From: Salibacteraceae bacterium
Lineage (GTDB): Bacteria; Bacteroidota; Bacteroidia; Flavobacteriales_G; Salibacteraceae
Length of the DNA: 64,000 nucleotides
NCBI GenBank assembly: GCA_965662345.1
Contig: CBFIHE010000008.1
Location: 28,587 to 92,586, forward strand
Reading direction: 5' to 3'
Both the position numbers and the translations under genes were made by a program. Under the pieces are notes generated by a model, which saw nothing but the letters and a program-made list of their open reading frames with translations, was not told the origin of the DNA and did no database searches. Numbering within the stretch: the stretch's first letter is position 1; each line of letters starts with the position of its first letter. Shown piece after piece: positions 55,660 through 64,000 of this stretch.

Positions 55660-56412
55660 CTAAAATGCGTTGCAAATAGCCATGAAATCTACAGCTTTAA
55701 GCGAAGCTCCACCAATTAGTCCACCATCTATGTCTTTCATAGCAAACAACTCTTGAGCATTATTTGGCTTTACACTTCCTCCATACAGAATGCTTATTTC
55801 CTCAGCAATTTCATCACCATATTGGTCTGCTAAAATGTTGCGAATAAAAGCATGTACCTCTTGCGCTTGTTCTGGAGAGGCTGTTTCTCCTGTGCCAATT
55901 GCCCAAACGGGCTCATAAGCAATAACCACTTTACGCATATCAGCCTCTGGTAAGTGGAACAAAGCTTGCACCAACTGAGTTTCTAACACGGCTTTAAAGC
56001 GGTCTTCTTTACGCTCTTCTAACGATTCACCAATACAATAGACAGGTATCAAATCGGCTTCTAGAGCACGGTTAATTTTCTCTGCCAATTGCTGGTTGCT
56101 CTCACTGAAATATTCTCTTCGTTCTGAGTGCCCAACCAACACCATATCGGCTCCTGCCGATTTTAACATCGTAGAGGCTACTTCACCCGTGTACGCTCCA
56201 GACTTATGTATACTACAATTTTGAGCGCCCAAACCAATTCCTGTATTGGTCAATTGGTCTGCAATTCCCGTTATATATGGAAAAGGCGGAATAACGAATA
56301 CTTCTGTATCGCTTCCGCCTGCATTTGCTTCTTTTAGTTCGCTTACCAAAGCCGTAGCTTCTTGGTAAGTCAAGTTCATTTTGTGGTTTCCAGCAACTAT
56401 GTTTTTTCTCAT
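55660..56412 (-). CDS. tpiA: Triosephosphate isomerase
   Basis: Motifs are MRKNIVAGNHKMN, VGHSERR, YEPVWAIGTG and IGGASL. The internal start at 56412 is preferred over the track's 56457, which would overlap the upstream gene. Confidence 0.9.
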   Translation of the reverse strand: MRKNIVAGNHKMNLTYQEATALVSELKEANAGGSDTEVFVIPPFPYITGIADQLTNTGIGLGAQNCSIHKSGAYTGEVASTMLKSAGADMVLVGHSERREYFSESNQQLAEKINRALEADLIPVYCIGESLEERKEDRFKAVLETQLVQALFHLPEADMRKVVIAYEPVWAIGTGETASPEQAQEVHAFIRNILADQYGDEIAEEISILYGGSVKPNNAQELFAMKDIDGGLIGGASLKAVDFMAICNAF

Positions 56413-56416
56413 TTTT

Positions 56417-57781
56417 CTACCATTGAGCATTGATATGCTCAAAAGTAGGAATATCATTATGATGCCATTTACCGATAACCGTGCCCTTTTTCAACAATAC
56501 CAAACCTGGATTGCTGCGAACAACTGTTTTAAGCGTTGTAGCATCGCAAGACATGTACGGAAACGCATTATCATTCGCATGCCTAAAGTCTTCTACCTGA
56601 TCATAAAGTCCGCCTGTTAAACCAAAAACAGGAACTCCAGACTCCTCCAATTGCTTGCTCAATTCGCTAACTTGCTTTTGGGCGTCAATATCTGTTTTGC
56701 TAATATCATACGCCACCCATAGCACAACACGATCGTAATTTAAGATTTCATAGGTGCGGTCTTCTCCAGAGTTAAGGTCTTCTAACACAAAATCATGGAT
56801 GGGCGGCACATAGCCGTCTTTGTACAAGATTTGATCTGAGGTGTTTACAATCTTCAAATCTTTGTTTTTCCATACCTCTTTCTGCAAGTAATCTATAGAG
56901 CTTACCTCTTGGGTCTCACCTGTAGATTGACTCTCCATGGTGTAAATAACCATGTATTGAGGAGGTTCTTTTCCCTCTGGAATCTCCATACCATCTGCTA
57001 TGTTTTTACCAATTGCATAGGGTCTAAAATCTTTGATTGGAAGATGTGCATATGTGTAGTACGTGAAAAAACCAGAGATTAGAGTAGCAGCACCAGCCAT
57101 TACCCAACCTTTAGCATCGCTTTGCATTATTCTGCGAATGGCCACCATTACTCCAAAGGTTACGAAACTGAAAACGATAGGAAAAGCCCAGCCTAGAACA
57201 CCAAGTGAAAAGAGCCCGATTAAACCCAAAGCACTACCGTAATAGACATAATCTTCTCTTTCTGTATTGCCCTGTACCCCATCTTTCCATATGAATAGTA
57301 CGATGATAAAGGCCAATAGCACCACGTCTTTTAAAAAAGACTGCATGGGTGTAAGTTGAATGGCATCTCCAAAGCAACCGCAGTCTTTAAAGTAATGAAT
57401 ATCTCTAGCCTCAAAGCCAAATGCACTTTCTGCTGTTTCTGTTAAACCAGCGGTGTGGTTTTCAAAAAACCAGTTTCCAATGGCTGTATATCCTGTTAAA
57501 AAGGCAAAGAATACAATCATTAACAGGAGCGACCATGTGGCCAGTTTAAACTTCTCTCCTGCTAGTACGGCTACACCAAGCAGAATTTCTGCAATACAAA
57601 CCAAAGCCGCCAATTCCAATTCAACACCTTGAAAAATAAACCAGTTAAGCACATCTGGGGCTACATACTCTTCTAGTTTGTATGAAAAGCCAAGCGCATC
57701 ATTGGCTTTAATAAGTCCGGAAACAATAAACAAGGCACCTACGAAAACACGAGACACCAGCATAGTATATTTCTTGAACAT
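56417..57781 (-). CDS. DoxX-like membrane domain fused to a C-terminal thioredoxin-fold-like domain
   Basis: 454 aa. It has a DoxX-type N-terminus (VFVGALFIVSGLIKAND), a CGCFGD motif and several further TM segments, followed by a ~190-aa soluble tail. Confidence 0.5.
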   Translation of the reverse strand: MFKKYTMLVSRVFVGALFIVSGLIKANDALGFSYKLEEYVAPDVLNWFIFQGVELELAALVCIAEILLGVAVLAGEKFKLATWSLLLMIVFFAFLTGYTAIGNWFFENHTAGLTETAESAFGFEARDIHYFKDCGCFGDAIQLTPMQSFLKDVVLLAFIIVLFIWKDGVQGNTEREDYVYYGSALGLIGLFSLGVLGWAFPIVFSFVTFGVMVAIRRIMQSDAKGWVMAGAATLISGFFTYYTYAHLPIKDFRPYAIGKNIADGMEIPEGKEPPQYMVIYTMESQSTGETQEVSSIDYLQKEVWKNKDLKIVNTSDQILYKDGYVPPIHDFVLEDLNSGEDRTYEILNYDRVVLWVAYDISKTDIDAQKQVSELSKQLEESGVPVFGLTGGLYDQVEDFRHANDNAFPYMSCDATTLKTVVRSNPGLVLLKKGTVIGKWHHNDIPTFEHINAQW

Positions 57782-57856
57782 AATTTCTTGATTGATTTTG
57801 GTTGTGCTAAATTAACCGTTGGGTACGTATTCGGTTGTGCTTAACGGAAGTTTAAC

Positions 57857-58399
57857 TCAATTGGCTTCACCAGATTGTATTAAAGCAAACACTGAGTAAT
57901 TGATGATGTCATGGTAATTGGCATCTATACCCTCACTTACCTGGGTCTTGCCTCCATTATCTTCAATTTGCTTGATACGCAGTAATTTCATGAGAATTAA
58001 ATCTGTGAACGACTCCACGCGCATTTCGCGCCACGCCTCACCATAATCGTGGTTCTTTTTTAGCATGAGATCACGAGTTTCTTCAAAATGCTTGGTGTAC
58101 AACTCAACAGCTTCCTTAGCTGGCATATCTGCATCATCTGCAAAACCGCGCTCTAACTGAATAAGTCCCATCAAGCAGTAATTGATCATGGCCATATACT
58201 CAGGAATAATGCCCTCTCCCACCTTACTTTCTCCTGTTTGCTCCAAGGTTTTGATGCGCTTGGCTTTTATATAAATCTGATCGGTTATTCCAGGTACGCG
58301 CATTACCCGCCAAGCTGTGCCATAATCCGCGGTTTTCTTGGTGAAAATATCTTTACATTTGGCCACGATACGGTTGTATTCTTCCACGGTATCACTCAT
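57857..58399 (-). CDS. DUF1599 (Nmad1-like) protein, two tandem domains
   Basis: There are two internal repeats (KTADYGTAWRVMRVPGITDQIYIKAKRIKTLE and KNHDYGEAWREMRVESFTDLILMKLLRIKQIE). The start MSDTVEEY at 58399 is preferred. Confidence 0.6.
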   Translation of the reverse strand: MSDTVEEYNRIVAKCKDIFTKKTADYGTAWRVMRVPGITDQIYIKAKRIKTLEQTGESKVGEGIIPEYMAMINYCLMGLIQLERGFADDADMPAKEAVELYTKHFEETRDLMLKKNHDYGEAWREMRVESFTDLILMKLLRIKQIEDNGGKTQVSEGIDANYHDIINYSVFALIQSGEAN

Positions 58400-58419
58400 A
58401 AACTCCAATAAAAATTCAG

Positions 58420-59280
58420 TTGTTGAACGGGGCGAAAGATACATTTTTTAAGAGCGAGTTCACGCTCAATCTAAAGGGCGATTTGGTTACTATTGATTCT
58501 CCCAAAGTAATGGGCATTCTCAACGTTACACCAGATTCGTTTTACGATGGAGGCAAGCATCTCAACAACGTATTGAAGCATGCTGAGAAGATGCTTGAAG
58601 AAGGTGCATGGATGCTAGACATTGGAGGTGCCAGCACCAGACCAGGAAGTACCCAGCCTACCCAAGACCAGGAACGGAAAAGGGTATTGCCAGCACTTGA
58701 GGAAATAAGCAAACGGTTTCCACAGGCTTACCTTTCTGTAGATACCTACCGTGCTAAGGTAGCACAAGAGGCGGTAGCTGCTGGTGCATGTATGGTGAAT
58801 GATGTAAGCGCAGGAAAGTTAGATCCTGAACTACACAAAACAGTTGCACAATTAGGCGTACCTTACGTGCTCATGCACATGCAAGGCACTCCAGATACCA
58901 TGCAAGAGTATCCTTCTTACAAAAACGTAACCCAAGAAGTGATTTATGAATTAAGTAAAACACTTGATCAGCTGCGACTGCTTGGCATAGCCGATGTACT
59001 TATAGACCCAGGATTTGGTTTTGGTAAAACTAAGGAGCACAATTATACCTTACTGCGTGATTTGAAATTATTCCGTGTGTTTGATGCACCGCTATTGGCG
59101 GGATTATCGCGTAAGCGCATGATTAATGAAGTTTTAGGAACCACACCAGAAACCGCCCTAAATGGTACTACGGCTGTAAATATGTTAGCATTAACCAACG
59201 GAGCTCACCTGTTGCGTGTACATGATGTAAAAGAAGCTGTAGAATCTATTAAAATTCACCAAGCCTACATACAATCATGA
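58420..59280 (+). CDS. folP: Dihydropteroate synthase
   Basis: Motifs are MGILNVTPDSFYDGG, DIGGASTRPG and GFGFGKT. No ATG lies upstream of the conserved block, so the TTG start is uncertain. Confidence 0.9.
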   Translation: MLNGAKDTFFKSEFTLNLKGDLVTIDSPKVMGILNVTPDSFYDGGKHLNNVLKHAEKMLEEGAWMLDIGGASTRPGSTQPTQDQERKRVLPALEEISKRFPQAYLSVDTYRAKVAQEAVAAGACMVNDVSAGKLDPELHKTVAQLGVPYVLMHMQGTPDTMQEYPSYKNVTQEVIYELSKTLDQLRLLGIADVLIDPGFGFGKTKEHNYTLLRDLKLFRVFDAPLLAGLSRKRMINEVLGTTPETALNGTTAVNMLALTNGAHLLRVHDVKEAVESIKIHQAYIQS

Positions 59281-60068
59281 GTACACTGCTGTTCATTTCG
59301 CTTCGTTGGTTAGATATTTTAGATATTCTCATTGTGGCCGCATTACTCTACCAGCTGTATCATCTGGTAAAAGGCACTGCCGCTATCCGTATTTTTTTGG
59401 GCATTCTTACTTTACTTATTGTTTGGCGCATAACCGTTGCGCTACAGATGGAGCTTATTTCCAGCATTTTGGGTCAATTCTTGGGAATTGGGGTTATTGC
59501 GGTAATCATCATCTTTCAGCCAGAGATTCGCACCTTTTTGGTAAGACTGGGCACTAACAAACTTTGGCAAGATTTCATGCGTGAGAAGCAATGGAGTTTT
59601 AACCTGTTTAAGCCAGATGAAGAACAAAACCGCAAAGGCATTGAATACATTTCGCTATCTGCTTTTAACTTAAGTAGAACCAAAACGGGAGCTTTAATCG
59701 TTATTCAGCGTGATAGCGATTTACAAACAATTACAGAAACGGGAACAGAACTCTATGCCACCCTTTCTAAAGCTTTGTTGGAGTCTGTTTTTTTCAAGAA
59801 TAATCCGCTACATGATGGAGCTACGGTATGCACTACCGCCCGGGTATTAGCTGCTGGTTGTCAACTACCTTTAACACAGCGTGAGAACATAAATCCTAAA
59901 TTTGGAATGCGTCATCGAGCTGCAATTGGTCTTACGGAACAAACCGATGCCTTAGCCTTGGTGGTAAGCGAAGAAAATGGAGACGTGCATGTGGTTGAAG
60001 AAGGTGAAGTCACTCATATTGAGTCTACAGACGCACTAGCGCGCCTCCTTACCCAACGGTTGAACTAA
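59277..60068 (+). CDS. cdaA: Diadenylate cyclase (membrane-anchored, CdaA/DacA type)
   Basis: 263 aa with 3 N-terminal TM segments. The DAC domain carries GALIVIQRD, HDGATV and GMRHRAAIGLTEQTDALALVVSEENG. ATGA overlap with folP. Confidence 0.88.
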   Translation: MSTLLFISLRWLDILDILIVAALLYQLYHLVKGTAAIRIFLGILTLLIVWRITVALQMELISSILGQFLGIGVIAVIIIFQPEIRTFLVRLGTNKLWQDFMREKQWSFNLFKPDEEQNRKGIEYISLSAFNLSRTKTGALIVIQRDSDLQTITETGTELYATLSKALLESVFFKNNPLHDGATVCTTARVLAAGCQLPLTQRENINPKFGMRHRAAIGLTEQTDALALVVSEENGDVHVVEEGEVTHIESTDALARLLTQRLN

Positions 60069-60069
60069 T

Positions 60070-60570
60070 TTACTTTTTGAACGATTCAAATGGAAGTGCT
60101 CTAACAAAGCCTGTCACCTCTTCTACAGAGGCATTGGTAGAATCTACCGTAATGATGTAGCGATCGTGCAGTCCTACCGTTATGTTGCACGTTTGATCTG
60201 ACATATTGTTTGAAATAAGTGCAGGGAAACCATTGATTTTGGTGCCTTTAATTTCTTCATCATCACTCTGGTAATGCAAATCTGCATTCCACATGCTAAG
60301 AACCTGTTGGTACATCATGTTTGAACCCTTGTAGTCAAAAAACATTACGCTTAACTCAGCTCTACCTTTGATATATGTCCATTCTGCAGTAGAGAAGTTC
60401 ATGCCACTCATGTTTAGGGTAGAACCGTCTTTTTCACCTTGCGGTTCAAAGCCATTTGTTGAAGCAGGGAACTTCGCTTGCAGCTCTTTGTAAGATACAG
60501 GTCCCTCTTGTGTAAACGCAATAGTACTTGTAAGCAAAGCAAGTACACTCAATAAGAATTTGATTTTCAT
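60070..60570 (-). CDS. Secreted hypothetical protein
   Basis: 166 aa with a signal peptide (TSTIAFTQ/E) and no recognised motif. Confidence 0.5.
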   Translation of the reverse strand: MKIKFLLSVLALLTSTIAFTQEGPVSYKELQAKFPASTNGFEPQGEKDGSTLNMSGMNFSTAEWTYIKGRAELSVMFFDYKGSNMMYQQVLSMWNADLHYQSDDEEIKGTKINGFPALISNNMSDQTCNITVGLHDRYIITVDSTNASVEEVTGFVRALPFESFKK

Positions 60571-60725
60571 AGCATTATAAAATTTGTGCTAAAGATACTT
60601 TTTACGTGCAAATTTTAGGAGTTTACTACTTGCTCCCCTACCTAAAACATGACAAATGTGCGTTCTTTTTGGAGTTGTTATGGTTTTACTTTGTTAGCAG
60701 TATCCTTGAAATAGAAGTATTTGCC

Positions 60726-61457
60726 ATGAGAGAGCTCATTTATAAACTCGTTTTTGAATCAGACACAAGGGCTGGGCGTTTGTTTGACTGCACTATTCAG
60801 AGTCTAATTATTCTCTTGCTCATTAGTTTTGCCGTTGAAACCTTGCCTAATTTACCTATGTCTCTTCGATATGGTTTAGCAAGTTTTGAGGTGCTTGTTA
60901 TTTTTGTTTTCACCATTGAATATGCATTGCGTATATACGCTGCAAAAAATAGATTTAAGTACATATTCAGCTTCTTTGGGCTAATCGATTTAATAGCCAT
61001 TCTTCCATTCTATCTCATATTTGCTTCATACTTACGTTTGGTTAGAGCATTTCGCTTTTTACGCGTATTTAGGGTATTTAAGCTCGTTAGGTTTAACAAG
61101 GCCATAAAACGTTATCAAATTGCCTTTTCCATAATACGAGAAGAATTGGTGCTATTCTTTTTAGTTACAGGAATCCTCACCTATTTGGCAGCTACTGGCA
61201 TTCACTATTTCGAGCATGAAGCTCAGCCAGAGCAATTTCAATCTATTTTTCACAGTTTCTGGTGGGCCGTTGTTACTATTACCACTGTGGGTTACGGAGA
61301 TGTATACCCAATTACCTTGGGCGGCCGCGTGTTCACTTTGTTTATTCTAATGGCTGGTGTTGGAGTCGTAACGGTACCCGCAGGTTTAGTAGCTTCTGCC
61401 ATTTACAAAGCTCGTGAGATTGAAGAAAAAGAAGCAGAAGAAAAGGGCCGCCTCTAA
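60726..61457 (+). CDS. Voltage-gated-type (6TM) potassium channel
   Basis: The S4-like segment is RLVRAFRFLRVFRVFKLVR and the selectivity filter is TTVGYGD. ATG 60726 is preferred over the track's GTG at 60606. Confidence 0.85.
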   Translation: MRELIYKLVFESDTRAGRLFDCTIQSLIILLLISFAVETLPNLPMSLRYGLASFEVLVIFVFTIEYALRIYAAKNRFKYIFSFFGLIDLIAILPFYLIFASYLRLVRAFRFLRVFRVFKLVRFNKAIKRYQIAFSIIREELVLFFLVTGILTYLAATGIHYFEHEAQPEQFQSIFHSFWWAVVTITTVGYGDVYPITLGGRVFTLFILMAGVGVVTVPAGLVASAIYKAREIEEKEAEEKGRL

Positions 61458-61768
61458 TACTAAACTCCCTTGGTATTTTCCAGTAGTCAACCACGCCAAA
61501 AGTATGGTTTGATAATGCCAATTATTTCATTTTATAGTAGGCTCCTACTAAACCATCAAGCCTATTAAATAAGTCGACTTTCCTCACAAAGACGCCAAAT
61601 CCATTTTTATACCCAGTACTAAACTGTACCTTGTGAGCTGTGAAGGGAACTAGACATAGTTCAGCCCTCACAAAGCAATAAATAAATGCGTTCAATAGTT
61701 TTTTCTCCCGCATCCAGAACCAATTAATCCATGGCATAACTGGGAGTAAAAATCTCATAGATGTAGTG

Positions 61769-62911
61769 ATGGATATTAGGCAGCTATATAAGAAGATACG
61801 AACAGAAACAGTAGATTTCTGTAACCTCTTGGACGTTGAGGATTATTCGGTTCAGGTAGCCCCTTTTGTGAGTCCCGTAAAATGGCATTTAGCTCATACC
61901 ACTTGGTTTTTTGAAACCTTCATTCTATCAAAATACCTGCAAGACTATACCGTTTTTAATCCTGCATTCGGCTTTCTATTTAACAGTTACTACAATCATG
62001 TTGGTGAAAGATTAGTGCAGGCTAACAGAGGAAACCTCACTCGCCCACTAACGCAAGAAGTTCTTAACTATCGTTCTTATGTAGACCAACAAATGGATGC
62101 ATTTCTTGCCAATGAATACACCCCGTTAGAAACAGTTATTCTAGGATTAAACCACGAACAACAACACCAAGAACTGCTGAAAACAGATGTAAAGTATATG
62201 CTTGGGCACAATCCACTGTTTCCACCTTTACATTCATCTATTAACCTAGTAGCCACAAAAAACACTTCTAACAAAATTGCTAATGTACCAGCAGGAACAT
62301 ACTCCATCGGACATAACAGCAAAGGCTTTTGTTACGATAATGAATTGGGCGTGCACACCGTATACCTTGATGAATTCAACATACAAGATGCCCTAGTCAC
62401 AAATGAAGAATACCTAGAATTTATGGAGGCTGGGGCATATTCTAATTTTGACCTTTGGCTAGACGAAGGCTGGACATGGATAAACCAAAACAAGGTTAAA
62501 GCACCACTTTACTGGCATAAAAAAGAGGGGATCTGGCACAGCTATACACTTGCCGGTTTAAAGCCCATAGAGCCGAACGAACAACTCTGCCACATCAATT
62601 TCTACGAAGCTTCTGCGTATGCAGCTTGGAGAGGCAAACGACTACCCACAGAATTTGAATGGGAAGCGGCTAGTAAGCTACTAAACATTGGTTCGCGTTG
62701 GGAATGGACTGGTAGCGCTTACCTGCCCTATCCTGGGTTTAAAAAGGCAGAAGGAGCTGTTGGTGAATACAATGGAAAGTTTATGAGCAACAAAATGGTT
62801 TTACGCGGAGGTTCAGCAGCTACCCCTCAAGGTCATGCCAGACCTACCTACCGCAATTTTTTTCATCCTTCAGAGCGATGGCAGTTTACAGGAATAAGAC
62901 TGATTGATTAG
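61769..62911 (+). CDS. egtB: Ergothioneine biosynthesis sulfoxide synthase EgtB (short form)
   Basis: The DinB-like N-terminus has HLAHTTWFFETF. The FGE-sulfatase-like C-terminus has WEWTGSAYLPYPGF and VLRGGS. It is adjacent to egtD. Confidence 0.8.
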   Translation: MDIRQLYKKIRTETVDFCNLLDVEDYSVQVAPFVSPVKWHLAHTTWFFETFILSKYLQDYTVFNPAFGFLFNSYYNHVGERLVQANRGNLTRPLTQEVLNYRSYVDQQMDAFLANEYTPLETVILGLNHEQQHQELLKTDVKYMLGHNPLFPPLHSSINLVATKNTSNKIANVPAGTYSIGHNSKGFCYDNELGVHTVYLDEFNIQDALVTNEEYLEFMEAGAYSNFDLWLDEGWTWINQNKVKAPLYWHKKEGIWHSYTLAGLKPIEPNEQLCHINFYEASAYAAWRGKRLPTEFEWEAASKLLNIGSRWEWTGSAYLPYPGFKKAEGAVGEYNGKFMSNKMVLRGGSAATPQGHARPTYRNFFHPSERWQFTGIRLID

Positions 62912-62914
62912 ATA

Positions 62915-63859
62915 ATGGAAACTTTTAAAAAAGACGTAGATAATGGGCTTTCGTCTAAGCCCAAAAAGCTCTCTTCAAAATATTTTTACAACGAGCGCGG
63001 AGACGCTCTTTTTGTTCAAATTATGCACTTGCCAGAATACTACCTCACAGCTTGTGAACTAGAGATTTTTAAAGAAAAAACGAGTGCTTTAATTCAAGCT
63101 TTAGGTTTGGAGAAGAGCCAACCTTTTCAACTTATAGAGTTAGGCGCAGGTGATGGCACTAAGACACTAGAGTTACTTCGCGAGCTACAGCAAAAAAGCT
63201 ACGCGTTTACGTACACGCCTGTAGATATATCGCCACACGCATTAGAAATGCTTGAAGCGAATATCACCTCAGAAATTTCTGGGGTAACTATAGTGCCTAA
63301 ACAAGGAGACTACTTTGAAGTACTGGCAGAATTAGGAGACTCCCACACCCCTAAAGTGGTGCTGTTTTTAGGCTCTAATATTGGCAACATGAATGATGAA
63401 CTAGCTGCCTCTTTCATAAAAAACCTCTCAAGTGAACTCAATACAAAAGACCAGCTATTGCTGGGTGTTGACTTAATCAAACCAAAAGCTATTGTTGCAC
63501 CCGCATATAACGACTCGAAAGGAATTACAGCCTCTTTCAATCTTAATTTATTGACTCGTATTAATGATGAGTTGGGTGGTGATTTTGATTTATCACAGTT
63601 TGAACACAAACCTCAGTATGATGAAGATGAAGGCATTGCCAAAAGTTTCATCGTGAGTAAGACAAAGCAAACCGTACACATAAACGGCATAAACAAGTCC
63701 TATTCTTTTGAAAAAGGTGAAAAGATTCAAATGGAAATTTCTAGAAAGTACAACGATGATATACTGGATCGAATTATTACTGGTTCTGGAATGGCAATGA
63801 CGGGTAAAATAATGGATAACAAGAACTATTTTGCCGATTACGTACTTCAAAAGCAATGA
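62915..63859 (+). CDS. egtD: L-histidine N-alpha-methyltransferase EgtD
   Basis: 314 aa with KYFYNERGDALFVQIMHLPEYYLTACELEIF and ELGAGDGTKT blocks typical of EgtD. Confidence 0.85.
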   Translation: METFKKDVDNGLSSKPKKLSSKYFYNERGDALFVQIMHLPEYYLTACELEIFKEKTSALIQALGLEKSQPFQLIELGAGDGTKTLELLRELQQKSYAFTYTPVDISPHALEMLEANITSEISGVTIVPKQGDYFEVLAELGDSHTPKVVLFLGSNIGNMNDELAASFIKNLSSELNTKDQLLLGVDLIKPKAIVAPAYNDSKGITASFNLNLLTRINDELGGDFDLSQFEHKPQYDEDEGIAKSFIVSKTKQTVHINGINKSYSFEKGEKIQMEISRKYNDDILDRIITGSGMAMTGKIMDNKNYFADYVLQKQ

Positions 63860-64000
63860 CTAAAAACACCATAGGAGTCTGGGGGTTGGGAAGCGAAAGC
63901 ACCCTTTTCTACCTCCAAAATTTAAACGAACAGTATCAATTCATACAAGGAGGTTACAGCACCTGCCCTTTCAAGCTACACAATAGTAATTTCAACCACA
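63856..64000 (+). CDS. Partial CDS (5' end only), possibly an Asp/Glu-racemase-family protein
   Basis: Not in the track because it runs off the window. MTKNTIGVWGLGSESTLFYLQNLNEQY... resembles the N-terminal IG(I/V)xGGxGxxST motif region of amino-acid racemases. ATGA overlap with egtD. Confidence 0.35.
   Translation, partial: MTKNTIGVWGLGSESTLFYLQNLNEQYQFIQGGYSTCPFKLHNSNFNH

Noticed and set aside
61522-61758. 78-aa minus-strand ORF divergent from egtB
   Set aside because: It is not called as a gene. It has no recognisable motif, an odd W/F/C-rich composition, and occupies what is probably the egtB promoter region. It could be real, but I cannot support it.
1-64000. Defence systems, toxin-antitoxin pairs, retrons, secondary-metabolite clusters
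   Set aside because: I scanned the translated ORFs for nuclease, ATPase, reverse-transcriptase, Cas and toxin hallmarks and for PKS, NRPS or RiPP signatures, and recognised none. Absence by eye is not proof, and HMM scans (e.g. DefenseFinder, PADLOC, antiSMASH) would be decisive.

Overview
The window looks like a chromosomal, mostly housekeeping and cell-envelope segment of a Bacteroidota (Flavobacteriia-like) genome. The supporting signals are T9SS C-terminal sorting domains, TAnnTTTG-type promoter boxes, a monomeric isocitrate dehydrogenase, LptF/G and many lipoproteins.

I support about 55 protein-coding genes. One of these is a CDS running off the left edge that the ORF track missed, and one is a partial CDS at the right edge. 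I also support 2 tRNAs (Met-CAT, Arg-ACG), one clear cobalamin riboswitch, one decayed GNAT-like pseudogene, several hairpin terminators, a nest of short hairpin-type intergenic repeats, and a tandem repeat next to tRNA-Arg.

Recognisable genes include icmF, icd, floA/nfeD, clpS, plsY, prmA, tpiA, folP, cdaA and egtB/egtD. I found no CRISPR array, transposase, integrase, prophage genes or recognisable defence or toxin-antitoxin genes.

Candidates for something undescribed, none of them proven:
1. A B12-riboswitch-gated operon that combines a BtuB-like TonB receptor with two T9SS-sorted proteins and a beta-propeller lipoprotein. Three diverged paralogous lipoproteins of unknown family sit immediately upstream of it.
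2. A trio of LPP20-like and CsgG-like lipoproteins.
3. Two giant secreted proteins flanking plsY inside an unusually tight 10-gene array. One of them, 2035 aa long, combines TPR/propeller-like, coiled-coil acidic and three SPOR regions.
4. Hairpin repeats that share a motif with a tRNA-like fragment.

All functional calls come from motif recognition by eye. No database search or covariance model was run.
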